From: Diploschistes diacapsis
Lineage: Eukaryota
Assembly: GCA_023645945.1 (NCBI GenBank)
Contig: JALAIB010000053.1
Coordinates: forward strand, 1-39,776
Reading direction: 5' to 3'
Length of the DNA stretch: 39,776 nucleotides
The notes beneath the pieces were generated by a model. The model ran no database searches. It saw only the letters and a list, made by a program, of their open reading frames with translations, and was not told where the DNA came from. Position 1 is the first letter of the stretch, and each line of letters begins with the position of its first letter. Shown one piece after another: positions 36,035-39,776 of this stretch. The position numbers and the translations under genes are program-made.

Positions 36035-37816
36035 ATGCGGGCCAACACCTTCCTTTACTTTGTTTCTTTTTGGCTCCTTGCCCTTTACAATAGCGTGTCG
36101 GCCTTTGATTGTAACGCAGACTCCTTCGGCAAAGTTTTACCCGCAAATGCGACTGTCACGAACGCGACCGCTGTTCAGGCAGGAGGTTCCTATGGAGACC
36201 TGTCCGGCGGTGACCAGGATTTCCCCGCCCTTGCTACGGCTCTTCCATCGCTCTGCGCCGTGCAGATCAAGATCTCGAGTTCAGGCAATACCTTCAGCTT
36301 TGGCCTGTTCCTGCCAGACAAATGGAACAATCGATTGATCGGAACCGGGAACACCGGCTTCGGCGGTGGCATCAACTGGCCCTCTATGGGACATCTGGTG
36401 AACTATGGGATGGTGGCATTCTCGACAGACACCGGACACAATTCAAATCCAAATGACCCTTCATGGGCCCTCAACAACAACATTGGTTTGACGGATTGGG
36501 GCTATCTGGCGATGCACGAGTCAGTACTTCAGGCGAAGCAGGTCATCACAGCATACTACCAAAGCAAAATTAATCATTCCTACTACATGGGTTGCTCAGG
36601 AGCTGGCAGGCAGGGTCTCAAGGAGCTTCAGGAATTCCCAGACGATTTCGATGGCTATGCTGTAGGCCATCCGCCGTGGTTGCTTACCCATCTGCATCCT
36701 TGGGTAGCATATGTCGGCAATGTCAACCTTCCTAACAATACAGACGCGCATATTTCCCCGGATCTGCTCTCAAATCTCACTGATGTTGTTACCTCAATTT
36801 GCGACCCGCAAGATGGTGTCACGGATGCTATAGTGATGTCCCCGTGGACCTGCAACTTTAATTCTTCGCAACTGCTATGTCAAAATTCTACGCAAGAGGT
36901 CTGCCTCACCGAGGCGCAGCTGCCGATGTTTGACAAAATCTGGGGCAATTGGGTTGACGACAACAACAACCTCATCTCTCCCTCTCTAATGATTGGCGCA
37001 GATCTTTCAGGACTCTCTGGCGACTCTCCACCATCTACCTTTGGAACCGGCTTCATTGAAGACTACATCATGAACCAAACAAATTGGAACTGGAGCACAA
37101 TATCCCCCGCAACCGTCCAACTGGCAGACTCGATCAACCCAGGTTCTTCCAATGCAGACCAATTCGACCTCTCTCCTTTCCAAGCCACCGGCGGCAAGAT
37201 CATCCACTATCACGGGTTGGCAGACCCACTGATTCCCCCAGCCTTCAGCATCTACTACTACGAACATGTTCAAAAGACCATGTCCGCCAACAACGCCACT
37301 GGACTCGAGGACTGGTACCGCCTCTTTCTGATTCCAGGCATGCATCATTGCAGCGGCAGTGACGGCGCGCCTTTCTACATTGCTGGCGGCGGTCAGATCG
37401 TTGGCGGAGGCAACTACTCTGTGCCGGGGTTCATGGATCCGCAGCATGACGTCGTCCTCGCAGTCATAAACTGGGTCGAGAACGGCACGGCGCCCGACTC
37501 GATCATCGCAACTAAATGGCACAACAACAGTCTCTCAGGTGGTTTACAGAAGCAGATGCCGTTGTGTCCGTACCCGCAGCAGGCGCACTACGTGGGCACG
37601 GGCTCCATCGACGAGCCTCAGAACTGGCAGTGTGCAAACGGCACCGCTATGAATGTGCCGACTATAACTATTGGGAAGGAAGGTAGTATACCGGTTACGC
37701 CGTCGCCGACAATGGGTGCAAGGCCGACGCCGGGTGGTGCAGTATCTCTAACGCCGGCGATGGGCTGGTTTGCGACGGGATTGTTGTCGACGATGGGCTT
37801 TCTCTTGATACAATAA
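36035..37816 (+). CDS. Tannase/feruloyl esterase family secreted hydrolase with hydrophobic C-terminal tail
   Basis: Signal peptide from MRANTFLYF. Motifs STDTGH, YYMGCSGAGRQG (nucleophile Ser), HGLADPLI (Asp), PGMHHC (His), WVENGTAP, LCPYP. Confidence 0.95.
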   Translation: MRANTFLYFVSFWLLALYNSVSAFDCNADSFGKVLPANATVTNATAVQAGGSYGDLSGGDQDFPALATALPSLCAVQIKISSSGNTFSFGLFLPDKWNNRLIGTGNTGFGGGINWPSMGHLVNYGMVAFSTDTGHNSNPNDPSWALNNNIGLTDWGYLAMHESVLQAKQVITAYYQSKINHSYYMGCSGAGRQGLKELQEFPDDFDGYAVGHPPWLLTHLHPWVAYVGNVNLPNNTDAHISPDLLSNLTDVVTSICDPQDGVTDAIVMSPWTCNFNSSQLLCQNSTQEVCLTEAQLPMFDKIWGNWVDDNNNLISPSLMIGADLSGLSGDSPPSTFGTGFIEDYIMNQTNWNWSTISPATVQLADSINPGSSNADQFDLSPFQATGGKIIHYHGLADPLIPPAFSIYYYEHVQKTMSANNATGLEDWYRLFLIPGMHHCSGSDGAPFYIAGGGQIVGGGNYSVPGFMDPQHDVVLAVINWVENGTAPDSIIATKWHNNSLSGGLQKQMPLCPYPQQAHYVGTGSIDEPQNWQCANGTAMNVPTITIGKEGSIPVTPSPTMGARPTPGGAVSLTPAMGWFATGLLSTMGFLLIQ

Positions 37817-38536
37817 CGACTTATGAAACTTAGACCCAATATGTTCTTAACCTAATCATATAATGCACTACTGCAAATCAAGTCGTTGAAATGGCAATCA
37901 ACAAGCTTGGGTCGACTATCAGCTCCATGAGACCTTGAGTAAGAAGTAGTACTAATACTGTAAAAGCTATGTTGATGGAGTGCCTTAGCAAACTCTCCCT
38001 GCCTTTAGCTACTTGTCAAATTGCTAGATAGCCTATGTAGTAATTGAGTGCAGTGGTTTACGGGGAGTAGTGAGAAGAATCGTGTCGTGGGACCTTGACG
38101 CATTTGTAAATGACATCTTTCCTGCAGCCCTACCATGTTACACTACTCCATCTCCATGTGAACTTTGCTATCCCATAAAGTTTGTCGCTCGTAATGCAAT
38201 CCATCAATATCATTCCTTGAATCTTATAAGATGCCTTTGCTAGTATAGCACTATGATGAAAAGCAACGGTAAATAGTCAGCGTGGCTATATCAGGTAATT
38301 GTGAGGGAAGTTTTGGCTCTTTCATTCTCAAGACCTTTCTATCCTTATTTCACCATGTTATAGTCCCACCCTGCCGTGAGATCAGAACTAGACGATCTTA
38401 AGGAATTGCGCTCCATATGTTGTCGGAGGCTTTGACCAGACAGGCCTGGGCGTTACACAAAGTCTGAGTCCAGTTCTGCTTTAATCCGTTCGTTCGCGTA
38501 AAGCATCAACTACAATAATGTGGCCCTTTCTTTCGA

Positions 38537-38713
38537 GACGACCTTTAACACATAGCTCCGCTTCTCGAGCACATTATTCCGCCAGCTTTAACCATGTATT
38601 CTTCTTTGTCCATTGTGTAGAATTTGGGTAGAGAGCATCAACCTCAATGGTGGGACCAATTCTCTTAGGACGACCGTTAACACAGAGCTCCGCTTTCATG
38701 AGCACATTACTCC
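38537..38713. repeat. Imperfect ~44-bp direct repeat, two copies
   Basis: GACGACCTTTAACACATAGCTCCGCTTCTCGAGCACATTATTCC (38537-38580) versus GACGACCGTTAACACAGAGCTCCGCTTTCATGAGCACATTACTCC (38669-38713). Confidence 0.85.
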
Positions 38714-38864
38714 ACTACTACATATATATAGCACGTGTAAAGTACATTTCTCGAGACAGCTGTCGCTTTCTTTTCCGTTAGCTACTCGTACCTGCCGAGT
38801 TTTCTTCATCCCATATGCAATCAGCTACTTCAACTTTAAGCAAGACACAACTCTAGACCCTAAT

Positions 38865-39776
38865 ATGGACCCTGGAACTAGACCCACCGTAGAGGAAGAA
38901 ACGTCGGGCAAAGTCTGTATCAACATCACAAAGCCTGGCTCGCGTGCACTGTTACAGGGGAAGATCAAGACCATCAACCCCGGATACCCGATAGCACCTG
39001 TCAGGCTTGTTGGACTAATCGGCGAAGGGCAAGATGGATCCTGCTACAATGCCATAGACGGTCGTTTCGAGCATATATACACCGTCAAGATCTTACCGTT
39101 GACCGCCACCCACCCAAGGCCTAGGGGTGCCGACATACCGCAGGAAGAGAAAATTCTCTCCCTGGATAAGTTTAGAACTGTCAACGGCAAGAGGCTGGCG
39201 CCGGGAGCGGAACATGTGGTCGATCTCTTCGCGGCCAGCTGGAGTCCCGTTGGGCGTTTGCTGTACTATGAGTTTCAAGACTTCACCAATCTCGAACACC
39301 TTATCCAGCAATATCGCGAGTTCAAATGCTTTCTCCCGGAGGCCTTTATCTGGCGTGTCTTCGCCCAGCTCACCCGGGCCGTGGCGTTCCTCAACACACG
39401 CCAGGCCCTCGCTTCCCAACCAGCAGTGGCCTCCCACAAACGCCGTCAAGCTACCGTCGAAGCCGGAAACGCACCCAAGCGCCTGAAGCTCTCCGTCGAA
39501 CCAAGAGGCAGCAGCACCCAGCACCCCATCCCGGTAGAGGAGGAACAAGTAGAAGAAGACGAAACTGTCCCGCGCCACCCATCAATCCTGCACTGCGACA
39601 TCCGCCCTGCCAACATCATGCTTACCAACTGGCACCTCCTCCCCCAATCCCAGCGCGACCAGCCCGGCGCCTACCCAGACCTCAAACTCATCAACTTCGG
39701 CAGCGCCATGCTCGGCCACGATTCGGGCCTGCCCACGACAAACCCGCACCCACCCCACCGCACCGCCTTCCTCGCC
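38865..39776 (+). CDS. Protein kinase-like protein (NIMA/Nek-like features), 3'-partial
   Basis: Open frame from ATG 38865 to the window end, absent from the ORF track. IGEGQDG loop, YTVK, LPEAFIWRVFAQLTRAVAFL, ILHCDIRPANIML, KLINFG. Confidence 0.85.
   Translation, partial: MDPGTRPTVEEETSGKVCINITKPGSRALLQGKIKTINPGYPIAPVRLVGLIGEGQDGSCYNAIDGRFEHIYTVKILPLTATHPRPRGADIPQEEKILSLDKFRTVNGKRLAPGAEHVVDLFAASWSPVGRLLYYEFQDFTNLEHLIQQYREFKCFLPEAFIWRVFAQLTRAVAFLNTRQALASQPAVASHKRRQATVEAGNAPKRLKLSVEPRGSSTQHPIPVEEEQVEEDETVPRHPSILHCDIRPANIMLTNWHLLPQSQRDQPGAYPDLKLINFGSAMLGHDSGLPTTNPHPPHRTAFLA

Overview
Eukaryotic window from a filamentous ascomycete (Pezizomycotina), judged from short GT-AG introns with CTRAC branch points and fungal gene families. 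Apparently intact genes, in order: PalI/Rim9-family membrane protein, small acidic secreted protein, AT-hook protein, VPS11, Pth11-like membrane protein, a tiny 42-aa spliced secreted peptide missed by the ORF track, a UstYa/DUF3328 oxidase, a metal-dependent amidohydrolase, a cytochrome P450, an F-box-like protein, TSC10, a WWOX/RDH-type SDR, a tannase/feruloyl esterase with a GPI-like tail, and a kinase-like gene running off the right end. Several genes are decayed: a PDR ABC transporter, a second Pth11-like gene, an S53 sedolisin and a possible Zn2Cys6-like gene. There is also a short RIP-like AT-rich transposon relic. The most interesting element is a candidate fungal RiPP locus (about 20.7-30.2 kb), in which a non-repetitive, Tyr-free secreted mini-peptide gene lies convergent to the UstYa gene, with peptidase-type and P450 genes nearby. 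All gene models and family calls come from manual reading and motif recognition, not database searches.
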